From contig PLYN01000041.1 in assembly GCA_003151815.1 (NCBI GenBank), positions 9,919 through 73,918 on the forward strand: a DNA stretch of 64,000 bases, in the 5' to 3' direction. Every line of letters starts with the position of its first letter. The stretch's first letter is position 1. The notes beneath the pieces are model-generated. The model was given only the letters and a program-made list of their open reading frames with translations. It was not told the DNA's origin and did not search any database. This stretch comes from Bacteroidota bacterium. Lineage in GTDB: Bacteria > Bacteroidota > Bacteroidia > 2-12-FULL-35-15. Made by a program: the position numbers and the translations under genes. Below are positions 28,337-36,628 of this stretch, one piece after another.

Positions 28337-31282
28337 ATGAATGCAGAAAACAATACAAAACAGTTTGATACCGATCCCGCTAAAGGTTTAAATCAAAGCG
28401 AAGTTGAAAGTAATCGTAAAGAGTATGGTTACAACGAAGTTTTGGAAAAAAAAGCAAATCCAATATTTTTATTTCTAAAGAAATTTTGGGGACTTAGTGC
28501 ATGGATGTTGGAAGTGATAATTATTCTTTCGTGGTTTTTGCACAAATACTCAGACGCTTATATTGTTTTGGGATTACTTGTGTTTAATGCGATAATAGGT
28601 TTTATTCAGGAATACAATGCTGCCAATGCAGTTGAAGCATTGAAGAAAAAATTACAGATAAATGTAAAACTACTACGAGATGCTATTTGGAAAACATTCC
28701 CTGCACGGGAATTAATCCCCGGTGATATAATCCGAATCCGAATCGGAGATTTTGTTCCGGCTGACGTAAAAATTATTCAAGGTGAAATAAGTATAGACCA
28801 ATCCGCTCTGACAGGAGAATCACTCGAAATAGAAAAAAAGTCTCAGGATATTATTTTTTCTGGTTCAATAGTTACTAAAGGAGAAGCTACGGGAATGGTA
28901 ACCGTAACCGGAGCCAATACCAAATTCGGTAAAACAATTGAACTAGTAAAAACAGCTAAACCAAAATCACATATTAATGAGATCATCGCCAAAGTTGTAA
29001 AATGGCTTTTACTGATAGTTGGCGCTTTATTATCGGTAGCGGTAATTGTTTCTTTTATAAAAGGAATTAATTTATTGGAAATTCTGCCTTTGATGTTGGT
29101 GTTATTGCTTGGAGCTATTCCGGTTGCACTAACTGCTATGTTCACGGTTTGTATGGCATTAGGATCAAAAGAATTAGTCAAGCAAGGAGTGTTGGTAACA
29201 CGATTAAATGCTCCTGATGATGCGGCAAGCATGGATATTTTATACGTGGATAAAACGGGTACACTTACCATGAACAAATTATCCGTAGCAAAGTTGCAGG
29301 CTGGTAAAGATTATAAAGAAGATGATGTGTTGCTTTATGGCGCATTGGCTTCTCAGGAAGCAAATCACGATTCAATAGATATGGCTTTCATAAATGAAGC
29401 AAAAAGGAAAAATATTTTAAACGATACATTCATACAGAAAACTTTTATTCCGTTTGATCCAAAAAACAGAAAAACAGAAGCTGTAATAAAAAACGGGAAC
29501 GAAGAATTTAAAGTGATGAAAGGTTCATTTAATGTCATCGCTGAGGTTTGTGGTTTGGATGAAAAATCTAAAACTGATTTTGGAGCAAGCATAAATGAGT
29601 TTGCGAAACAGGGATACAGAACATTGGCTGTTGCTAAAACAATTGGGAATAATAAGCCGGGCTTTGTCGGATTAGTGGCGTTGCATGATCCACCAAGAAC
29701 CGATTCTAAAGAACTAATCCATGAAATTGAAAAGTTGGGAGTAACTGTTAAAATGCTCACAGGCGATGCACTTCCTATAGCTATTGAAATTGCAAAAGCG
29801 GTGGACTTGAAAGGTACAATAATAAATGCTGCTGAATTAAAAAAAACAGATAAAGAAAATCTTATTGCATTATTGGAAAAAAGTAGCGGAGTTGCAGAAG
29901 TTTATCCGGAAGATAAATATAATATTGTAAAAGCGTTTCAGGCAAAGGGACATATTGTTGGTATGACTGGAGATGGTGTAAATGATGCCCCTGCATTAAA
30001 ACAAGCTGAGGTAGGAATAGCAGTGAGTAACGCTACTGATGTTGCTAAAGGTGCTGCGAGTATTGTATTAACCCAAGAAGGGTTAGCAAACATTCTCAGC
30101 CCTATTAAAATTGGGAGAATGATGTTTGAACGTATCAATACATGGATACTGAATAAAATCGCAAGAACAATTCTGAAAACGTGTTTTGTTGTTATTGCCT
30201 TCCTGATACTTGGAAAATATGTTATTTCCGCTACGGCAATGTTGATCATGATTTTTATGACTGATTTTGTGAAAATATCTTTGTCCACTGATAATGTAAC
30301 ACCTTCCGCAAAACCGGCAAAATGGAACATCACAGGTTTAGCGAAAATAGGAACAGTGATAGGTTTGATTATGACCATAGAAGCGTTTGGGCTTTTATAC
30401 ATTGGTTTAAATTATTTCCATTTGAATACCGATAATGAAGCGCTCAATACGTTTTGCTTTGAGCTATTACTCTTCTTCGCATTGTTTTCAATATTTGTTG
30501 TCAGGGAAAAAAAACATTTTTGGAAATCCGCACCGAGCAAAACACTTTTGTTCCTTTTAATTGCCGATATGATTTTAGGAATCATTCTTTCGACATTCGG
30601 ACTGTTGGGTTTTAAAGCAATTCCATTGACGCAAACAATTGTTATATTTGGTTATACATTAATTTTTTCCTTTGCGCTAAACGATTTTATCAAGGTTGTT
30701 CTATTGAGAAAATGGCATGAAAGTATTCCTGATCCAGTAAAAATTACAGACAAAGAAGCTGATGCCAAAGAACCGCCGAAACCTGCTGTGAATGATGCTG
30801 ATGCTAAAGAAGAGATAAAACCTGAAACCAAAGACGCATCGAAGCCTATAGAAAAACCTGTAGAAACAACAGACAAAGAACCTGATACCAAAGAAGTGCC
30901 GAAGCCTACTGTGAATGACGCTGATGCTAGGGGAAAGACAAAACCTGAAACCAAAGGTGCATCGAAGCCTATAGTAAAACCTGTAGAAACAACAGACAAA
31001 GAACCTGATACCAAAGAAGTGCCGAAGCCTACTGTAAATGACGTTGATGCTAAGGAAGAGACAAAAACTGAAACCAAAGGTGCATCGAAGCCTATAGCAA
31101 AACCTGTAGAAAAAACAGACAAGGAAGTTGATGCCAAAGAAGTGCCGTCATCTGATTTCACATCTCAGATTGTTAAGCGAGTCCATAAACTATACGAGGA
31201 GCTTGGGCGTGCAGATGTCAAAGCGGTTGAGGACATGGAGAATGCAGAGCGGGAGAAGAAGAAAGATGAACCAAAAAAATAA
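28337..31282 (+). CDS. P-type ATPase, type IIIA (plasma-membrane H+-ATPase-like) with a repeat-rich ~190-aa C-terminal extension
   Basis: 981 aa. DKTGTLT phosphorylation motif (YVDKTGTLTMNKL), TGES, MLTGD, MTGDGVNDAPALKQAEVGIAV. The N-terminus GLNQSEVESNRKEYGYNEV is H+-ATPase-like. After TM10 there is a K/E/P/T-rich tail with 41-aa repeats. Confidence 0.9.
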   Translation: MNAENNTKQFDTDPAKGLNQSEVESNRKEYGYNEVLEKKANPIFLFLKKFWGLSAWMLEVIIILSWFLHKYSDAYIVLGLLVFNAIIGFIQEYNAANAVEALKKKLQINVKLLRDAIWKTFPARELIPGDIIRIRIGDFVPADVKIIQGEISIDQSALTGESLEIEKKSQDIIFSGSIVTKGEATGMVTVTGANTKFGKTIELVKTAKPKSHINEIIAKVVKWLLLIVGALLSVAVIVSFIKGINLLEILPLMLVLLLGAIPVALTAMFTVCMALGSKELVKQGVLVTRLNAPDDAASMDILYVDKTGTLTMNKLSVAKLQAGKDYKEDDVLLYGALASQEANHDSIDMAFINEAKRKNILNDTFIQKTFIPFDPKNRKTEAVIKNGNEEFKVMKGSFNVIAEVCGLDEKSKTDFGASINEFAKQGYRTLAVAKTIGNNKPGFVGLVALHDPPRTDSKELIHEIEKLGVTVKMLTGDALPIAIEIAKAVDLKGTIINAAELKKTDKENLIALLEKSSGVAEVYPEDKYNIVKAFQAKGHIVGMTGDGVNDAPALKQAEVGIAVSNATDVAKGAASIVLTQEGLANILSPIKIGRMMFERINTWILNKIARTILKTCFVVIAFLILGKYVISATAMLIMIFMTDFVKISLSTDNVTPSAKPAKWNITGLAKIGTVIGLIMTIEAFGLLYIGLNYFHLNTDNEALNTFCFELLLFFALFSIFVVREKKHFWKSAPSKTLLFLLIADMILGIILSTFGLLGFKAIPLTQTIVIFGYTLIFSFALNDFIKVVLLRKWHESIPDPVKITDKEADAKEPPKPAVNDADAKEEIKPETKDASKPIEKPVETTDKEPDTKEVPKPTVNDADARGKTKPETKGASKPIVKPVETTDKEPDTKEVPKPTVNDVDAKEETKTETKGASKPIAKPVEKTDKEVDAKEVPSSDFTSQIVKRVHKLYEELGRADVKAVEDMENAEREKKKDEPKK
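30734..31150 (+). repeat. In-frame tandem repeat, period 123 nt (41 aa), ~3.4 copies
   Basis: Unit starts at 30734, 30857, 30980 and 31103 (cctgtagaaacaacagacaaagaacctgataccaaagaagtgccgaagcctactgt...). Encodes PVETTDKEPDTKEVPKPTVNDADAxxxxKPETKGASKPIxK. Confidence 0.9.
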
Positions 31283-31342
31283 ATAACAGAATATTTATAA
31301 TAATACAACCAATATGGAACATCTCCCAAACTTCAATGGCAC

Positions 31343-31445
31343 TTGGTTATACATTATTTTCTCCTTTGTAATAAATGATTTTATCAAGGTTATTCTATTG
31401 AAAAAGTGGACTTTGGAAACTCCATTACAACACTGTGGAATATGA
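31343..31445 (+). pseudogene. Frameshifted relic of an alternative P-type ATPase 3' end
   Basis: 31343-31409 is ~88% identical to 30648-30715 (end of TM10, GYTLIFSFALNDFIKVVLLRKW) with a 1-nt deletion. Past the indel it reads FVINDFIKVILLKKWTLETPLQHCGI-stop (stop at 31443-31445). Confidence 0.65.
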
Positions 31446-31640
31446 AAATATGTGAATGATAAAAAAATGATAAAAAACATATTATAAACTGATTATTGTC
31501 ATAAAAGTATATTTAGTTATAATTTATTTTTGTTCGAGTGATAAAATATAAATATTCGGTAATCACTCCTGCTAAAATTTTTTAAAAGGTTATCGCAGAA
31601 CCTAGAAATCTGCACAATTTTAAATAAAACAAAAACACTT

Positions 31641-32105
31641 ATGAAAACAATTAAATCACTTCTACTTGTGCTCATTATAGGAGCAACAACATGTTCAATG
31701 ACATTTGCTCAAAACTACAAAGCACCCAAAATAGATGCTTCTGGTAAAGTTACGGATGAAGAAGGCGCCTTCATTGGTACTGTTACCAAAGAAGGTGTTA
31801 TCACAGACGCAAAAGGAGAAAAGATAGGTCATATAGATGCTGCCGGAATGTTGGTGGACAACAAAGGGAAAATTATTGGTAAGCCTGAAAAAAATGGAAA
31901 TTTCGTTCCTTATTTTCATGAAACTCCCGATAAAGCTACATGGTCTACAACAACTCCTGAAAACGGTACTTGCCTTGTAAAAAACACGAAAGGGGAAGTT
32001 ATTGCTGTAGTACATGAAAATTATAAAATGTATGGAGCATGTGCTATCCATTGCCTTCAAAATCACATGAAACATGGTGAAGTGTTGGATAAATCCAAAA
32101 AATAA
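31641..32105 (+). CDS. Secreted hypothetical protein with G-x-V-x-D-x-x-G-x-x-IG repeats
   Basis: 154 aa with a signal peptide (MTFAQN). Three repeats: GKVTDEEGAFIGTV / GVITDAKGEKIGHI / GMLVDNKGKIIGKP. Cys/His-containing C-terminus. Preferred over the antisense ORF 31695..32114. Confidence 0.6.
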   Translation: MKTIKSLLLVLIIGATTCSMTFAQNYKAPKIDASGKVTDEEGAFIGTVTKEGVITDAKGEKIGHIDAAGMLVDNKGKIIGKPEKNGNFVPYFHETPDKATWSTTTPENGTCLVKNTKGEVIAVVHENYKMYGACAIHCLQNHMKHGEVLDKSKK

Positions 32106-32148
32106 GCAAGGCATTTATTTTAGAAGTAAATTTTTATTTTTTACAATT

Positions 32149-32181
32149 AGCCGGTACAGAAATGTATCGGCTTTTTATTTT
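32149..32181 (+). terminator. Rho-independent terminator after 31641..32105
   Basis: Stem agccggtac (32149-32157) / gtatcggct (32164-32172, one G-T pair) followed by tttttattttt. Confidence 0.6.
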
Positions 32182-32384
32182 TCAATTTTTCTCATCTCCA
32201 AGAAATTTATTCCGCTTCCCTTCTTCAAATGGAGAAGGTGCCCGACCGCATACCGCCTTTAGCTTTAGCGGTGGCGCAAGGGCGGATGAGGCAGAGAAGT
32301 GGATTGAGGGTAAAATAGATGAGGAGGGTAGGTTTCGATATAAACCAACCAATTAATTTGTATTTTCGCAAATCTTTAAAAGAG

Positions 32385-32392
32385 TACTTTTG
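32385..32392 (+). promoter_or_regulatory. Candidate -7 box TACTTTTG for gldF
   Basis: TAnnTTTG match 9 nt upstream of the ATG at 32402. It lies inside the track's TTG-extended ORF, which argues for the ATG start. Confidence 0.45.
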
Positions 32393-32401
32393 CACTTGAA
32401 T

Positions 32402-33133
32402 ATGTTTACACTTCTAAAAAAAGAAATACGTAGTTTTTTAAGTTCACTGATCGGATACATTACCATCACCGTTTTTTTATTGGTGATTGGTTTATTCATG
32501 TGGGTATTAAAAACCGATTCCAACATATTGGATAACGGTTACGCCAATATCGACACACTTTTTTTTATTGCTCCCTGGGTATTTTTATTTTTGATCCCTG
32601 CCATTACCATGCGCTCTTTTGCAGATGAAAAAAGAGCAGGTACCATCGAATTATTGTTGACGCGCCCTCTGACAGATCTGCAAATTATTTTAGCTAAATA
32701 TTTTGCCGGATTTGCCTTGGTTTTATTTTCATTGCTGCCCACTTTAATTTATTATTACTCGGTTTATAAATTAGGTAACCCTGTCGGAAATATTGATACG
32801 GGAGGAATGTGGGGTTCTTATATCGGTTTGCTTTTCTTAGGTGCTGCATTTGTTTCCATTGGTATTTTTGCTTCTGCCATTACAGATAATCAAGTGGTCT
32901 CTTTTATTCTGGCATTATTTCTTTGTCTTTTTATTTATAGAGGTTTTGATTTGATGAGCGCCTTTCCGCTATTTGGTAAAATAGATAATGTAATTTTAGC
33001 TTTAGGAATTGATAGTCATTATGCTTCCATGAGCCGCGGAGTGATTGATACTCGCGATGTGATTTATTTTATAAGTTTAATAGCAATATTTATTTTTAGT
33101 ACACGCACCGTTCTTGAAAGCAGGAAATGGTAA
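32402..33133 (+). CDS. gldF: Gliding-motility ABC transporter permease GldF
   Basis: MFTLLKKEIRSFLSSLIGYITITVFLLVIGLFMW is the typical GldF/ABC-2 permease N-terminus, with 6 TM helices. Followed by gldG. Track ORF 32390..33133 trimmed to the ATG. Confidence 0.85.
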   Translation: MFTLLKKEIRSFLSSLIGYITITVFLLVIGLFMWVLKTDSNILDNGYANIDTLFFIAPWVFLFLIPAITMRSFADEKRAGTIELLLTRPLTDLQIILAKYFAGFALVLFSLLPTLIYYYSVYKLGNPVGNIDTGGMWGSYIGLLFLGAAFVSIGIFASAITDNQVVSFILALFLCLFIYRGFDLMSAFPLFGKIDNVILALGIDSHYASMSRGVIDTRDVIYFISLIAIFIFSTRTVLESRKW

Positions 33134-33223
33134 ATTAATTTGAAAATTTGAGAATTGAAAAATTTGCAAATGAAATAGTTAGATAGGTAACAATAAAAAC
33201 TTTAAACTTTCAAACTTTAAACT

Positions 33224-34915
33224 TTGAACTCAAATAAAAAACGAGATCTGACTTCACTTGGTTTAGCTATCATAATATTGATATTGCTGAACTTTGTCGG
33301 CTCGTTTGTGTTTCATCGTTTCGATCTGACTTCCGAAAAAAGATATACGTTATCCGAAGCCACAAAAAAATTATTAAGCAATCTGAATGATGTAGTTTAT
33401 GTAAAAGTATACATGGGGAAAGATGAAGATTTTCCTGCAGGCTTCAAACATTTGCGCAACGAAACTCAGGAAATGCTGGATGAGTTCAGAGCGTATGCGG
33501 ATGATAATATTGAATATGAATTTATCAATCCTTCCGAAAGTACTGATAAAAAACAGCAGGAAGAAATTTTTAAACAGTTATACGATAAAGGACTTCAACC
33601 TACCAATCTGGAAGTAAAGGACGAAAATGGAAGCTCACAAAAAATTATTTGGCCCGCCGCTCTTGTCTCTTATCATGGTCATGAAGTGCCCTGGCAATTA
33701 TTAAAAACTCAAATCGGTTCTTCATCCGAAATGCAATTGAATAATTCCATTCAGGCATTGGAATATGAGTTTGCCAGTTGCATCCGTAATTTAAGCACCG
33801 ATATTCGTCCGCAAATAGGCTTTATGGAAGGGCATGGCGAATTAGACTCATTGGCCGTTGATGATATTGAAAATTCTTTAAGCGAATTTTATTCTTTAAA
33901 ACGAATTAAAATAAATGAGTCTTTAAATGCCTTGAAAGGTCTAAAAGCAATCATCATTGCAAAGCCTGATACTTCTTTTTCCGAAAAGGATAAATATATT
34001 ATCGATCAGTATGTTATGAATGGAGGTAAAGTGTTATGGGTGATAGACCCTTTAAATACCAGCGTTGACAGCCTTCGTAAGTCAGGTGGGACAATTGCGA
34101 CACCTTATTTATTGAATTTAGATAATCTGTTTTTTAAATACGGTGTGCGCATCAATCCTAATTTAATAGTGGATATGCAATCCTCTGCAATACCTGTAAA
34201 TAAAGCATTTGTTGGTCAGGAGCCTCGCTTTGAATTAATGCCCTGGTTATTTTCTCCACTGATAATGCCCACTAGCGCTCATCCGATTGTGAAGAATTTA
34301 GATGTTATCAAAATTGATTTCGGTTCCAGTATCGATACTGTGGCTGCAAAAGGAATTAAAAAAACAATTTTATTACACACTTCAAAATATTCGAAAATTC
34401 TAAACGCCCCTGTACGTATCGATTTAAGAATGGCAAACATGCGCCCCGATGAAAATCAGTTTACAAATCCTTACCAACCGGTGGCTGTTTTATTGGAAGG
34501 TGAATTTGAATCGGTATTTAAAAACCGTATGCATCCTAAATTTATAACTGGTACATCTATTCCTTTCAAGGAAAAAGGTGTAAATACCCAAATGATCATG
34601 ATTTCGGATGGTGATATCATCAGGAATGAAGTTCAATATTCAACACAAAAACCCTATGCCTTGGGCTATGATAAATATACCAATCAAACGTATGGCAATA
34701 AAAATTTTATTTTGAATTGTATCAATTATCTCTGTGATGATTCAGGATTGATAAGTGTTCGAGCGCGTGAATTAACTCTCCGTTTACTTGATAAGAAAAA
34801 AGTGCTGAATGAACGGTTAAAATGGCAATTAATAAATGTATTATTACCTTTGCTGACTATTCTCGTATTTGGAATTATACATCACATTATTCGTAAACGG
34901 AAATATGCTAAGTAA
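33224..34915 (+). CDS. gldG: Gliding-motility-associated ABC transporter accessory protein GldG
   Basis: 563 aa, TTG start. N-terminal TM, then RFDLTSEKRYTLSEATKKLL (GldG signature), and a C-terminal TM anchor. Position is after gldF. Confidence 0.85.
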   Translation: MNSNKKRDLTSLGLAIIILILLNFVGSFVFHRFDLTSEKRYTLSEATKKLLSNLNDVVYVKVYMGKDEDFPAGFKHLRNETQEMLDEFRAYADDNIEYEFINPSESTDKKQQEEIFKQLYDKGLQPTNLEVKDENGSSQKIIWPAALVSYHGHEVPWQLLKTQIGSSSEMQLNNSIQALEYEFASCIRNLSTDIRPQIGFMEGHGELDSLAVDDIENSLSEFYSLKRIKINESLNALKGLKAIIIAKPDTSFSEKDKYIIDQYVMNGGKVLWVIDPLNTSVDSLRKSGGTIATPYLLNLDNLFFKYGVRINPNLIVDMQSSAIPVNKAFVGQEPRFELMPWLFSPLIMPTSAHPIVKNLDVIKIDFGSSIDTVAAKGIKKTILLHTSKYSKILNAPVRIDLRMANMRPDENQFTNPYQPVAVLLEGEFESVFKNRMHPKFITGTSIPFKEKGVNTQMIMISDGDIIRNEVQYSTQKPYALGYDKYTNQTYGNKNFILNCINYLCDDSGLISVRARELTLRLLDKKKVLNERLKWQLINVLLPLLTILVFGIIHHIIRKRKYAK

Positions 34916-34966
34916 AAATCAGGACGGATGACCGAAAGAATAGAGTTAATAAATAGAAAAAGATAA

Positions 34967-35293
34967 TTGAATAAAATGAAAGATAAAAATCAAAAAACAA
35001 TAGTAATTAAGAATTCTAAGTTTAGAAAAATATCCTTTTTAAATGATTATTTAGAAATTGTTGAAAGTATATTTTCTTCAAAATATGAGGTTCCTTATGA
35101 AAAAGTTACCAAATTGGTGTTCGAAAAATTTATTTATAGCCAATACATCGATGATTGTATGACAATAGATTATATTCATATCGATGGCAAAAAGAAAAAA
35201 ATTGTTATTGAAGTAACTGAGAAAGATTTTCTAAGAATTGTAGAATTGATAAAAGATAAAAATATTACCATTGAAAAAAATGGTAATGATTAG
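34967..35293 (+). CDS. Hypothetical protein (orphan between gldG and the DUF4340 gene)
   Basis: 108 aa, Lys/Ile-rich, with no signal peptide and no motif recognised. Confidence 0.45.
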   Translation: MNKMKDKNQKTIVIKNSKFRKISFLNDYLEIVESIFSSKYEVPYEKVTKLVFEKFIYSQYIDDCMTIDYIHIDGKKKKIVIEVTEKDFLRIVELIKDKNITIEKNGND

Positions 35294-35310
35294 GCAATAC
35301 ATTTAAATTC

Positions 35311-36333
35311 TTGAAACGGAACAAATTCGCAATAATAACTGCAATTCTTCTTGGTTCAATTGCAGCGTGGTTTTATATCAATAATGGCAAAGGAACCATC
35401 AATCAATCCTTCCGCAATTTTGCTGTGGAAGACCCTACATCTGTTGATAAAATAATTCTAAAAAAAAGTAAGATTACTATTTTTTTAGAGAAACAAACTT
35501 CCGGTAGTTGGACTGTGAATGGAAAATATCCTGCCAATAATAATTCATTAAAATCCCTGCTGTATACGCTGAAAAACATTGATATCAAGGAACCCATCGG
35601 AAAAAGCGAACAAGATAGCATAATAAAAGAGTTGCTTGAAAAAGGAACTATATGCGAAATTTACCAGAATCACGAACTTACAAAAGCATATTATGTTGGA
35701 AAAGAAATATCAGATCATAGTGGTACCTATATGGTTTTAATTGATCTCAAAACGATGCAACCCTCAGCAAAATCTTTTGTAACTTATATTCCTGGCGTTG
35801 AAGGCAATTTAGCAGCCAATTATTTTATTGAAGAAAAGGCTTGGAGAGACCATACCGTTTTCCATTACCATTCCACTGATATTAAATCGGTTAAAATGGA
35901 AGTACCCTTATATCCCGAAGCCGGTTATGAACTTGAGTTGAAGGGAAACAATAATTATCAGATTACCATACTACCTACCAAACAAGTATTAAACAATTTG
36001 GATACATCGGCTGTGAAGCAGTATTTGTCGTACTTTGAACAATTAAATTTTGAAAATTTCGAATCCGATTTAACATCAACTCAAATAAATTTACTTGTAA
36101 AATCATCACCTTTAAACATACTAACTGTTACTGATAATGAGGGTATAGTAAATAAAGTATGCTTTTATCCTCTCAAAAATCTTCATAACATACTTGATAA
36201 AAATGGCAAGCCTTTAAAATTTGATCCCGAACGCATGCTGGCTCTCCTCAGCAATGGGAAAGATGTTGTAGTCGTGAAATTTTACGAGTTCGGTAAAATA
36301 ATGCCTCCCGCAAGTTATTTTCAAAGAAAATGA
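35311..36333 (+). CDS. DUF4340-like protein commonly linked to gldFG
   Basis: 340 aa with an N-terminal TM anchor. Size and position after gldG match the DUF4340 partner as I recall. No catalytic motif. Confidence 0.55.
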   Translation: MKRNKFAIITAILLGSIAAWFYINNGKGTINQSFRNFAVEDPTSVDKIILKKSKITIFLEKQTSGSWTVNGKYPANNNSLKSLLYTLKNIDIKEPIGKSEQDSIIKELLEKGTICEIYQNHELTKAYYVGKEISDHSGTYMVLIDLKTMQPSAKSFVTYIPGVEGNLAANYFIEEKAWRDHTVFHYHSTDIKSVKMEVPLYPEAGYELELKGNNNYQITILPTKQVLNNLDTSAVKQYLSYFEQLNFENFESDLTSTQINLLVKSSPLNILTVTDNEGIVNKVCFYPLKNLHNILDKNGKPLKFDPERMLALLSNGKDVVVVKFYEFGKIMPPASYFQRK

Positions 36334-36356
36334 TTAAGGCATCTGACTAGTTTGTT

Positions 36357-36476
36357 ATCCTGAACCCTTCGCCAAGCTCAGGACAGACTCCCTGAAGGAT
36401 CTTATAAACAGAACACATCATTTTAAAATGGATGTTTCATTTAAGCCTGTCCTGAGCGTTAGTCGAAGGATTCAAC
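36357..36476. repeat. Pair of inverted CTGAGC...CGAAGG-type intergenic repeat modules
   Basis: ccttcgccaagctcaggacag (36366-36386) versus the reverse complement of ctgtcctgagcgttagtcgaagg (36447-36469) = ccttcgactaacgctcaggacag. Spacer ~60 nt. Same module type as at 57164-57200. Confidence 0.7.
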
Positions 36477-36572
36477 ATGACAAGAGGAACAGATGCTTCA
36501 CTTTACTATGAATTTTGTTAAAAAGTAATGGAAACTAAAATAAAACAATCGTTTTTAAATCTGTAAAAATTC

Positions 36573-36580
36573 TATATTTG
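36573..36580 (+). promoter_or_regulatory. Candidate -7 box TATATTTG for dnaN
   Basis: TAnnTTTG match 48 nt upstream of the dnaN ATG (36629). Confidence 0.45.
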
Positions 36581-36628
36581 TCCTTTGATTTTTTGATTTT
36601 AAATAAACCAACATTAAGATAATTAGAT

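Noticed and set aside
30734-31150. Regularly spaced 123-nt repeats that could be mistaken for a CRISPR-like array
   Set aside because: The units are contiguous with no unique spacers, are in frame within the ATPase ORF, and encode a coherent 41-aa peptide repeat.
28843-31161. Four long minus-strand ORFs (144, 131, 154 and 169 aa) inside the P-type ATPase gene
   Set aside because: They are antisense to a CDS with unmistakable P-type ATPase motifs. Their translations are low-complexity (for example the GFGTSLVSGSLSV repeats mirror the plus-strand tandem repeat). They are frame artefacts.
31295-31480. 61-aa minus-strand ORF downstream of the ATPase gene
   Set aside because: It is the antisense reading of the ATPase 3'-end relic. 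Its ...FFNRITLIKSFITKEKI mirrors ...FLNRTTLIKSFSAKEKI in ORF 30652..31161. It is not an independent gene.
31695-32114. 139-aa minus-strand ORF fully overlapping 31641..32105
   Set aside because: The plus-strand ORF has a signal peptide, sensible composition and its own terminator. The antisense translation is Phe/Cys-rich and protein-unlike.
32074-32356. ORFs of 62 and 64 aa over the GC-rich intergenic island
   Set aside because: The composition is implausible, there is no start context, and they span a terminator. The region is reported as a non-coding curiosity instead.
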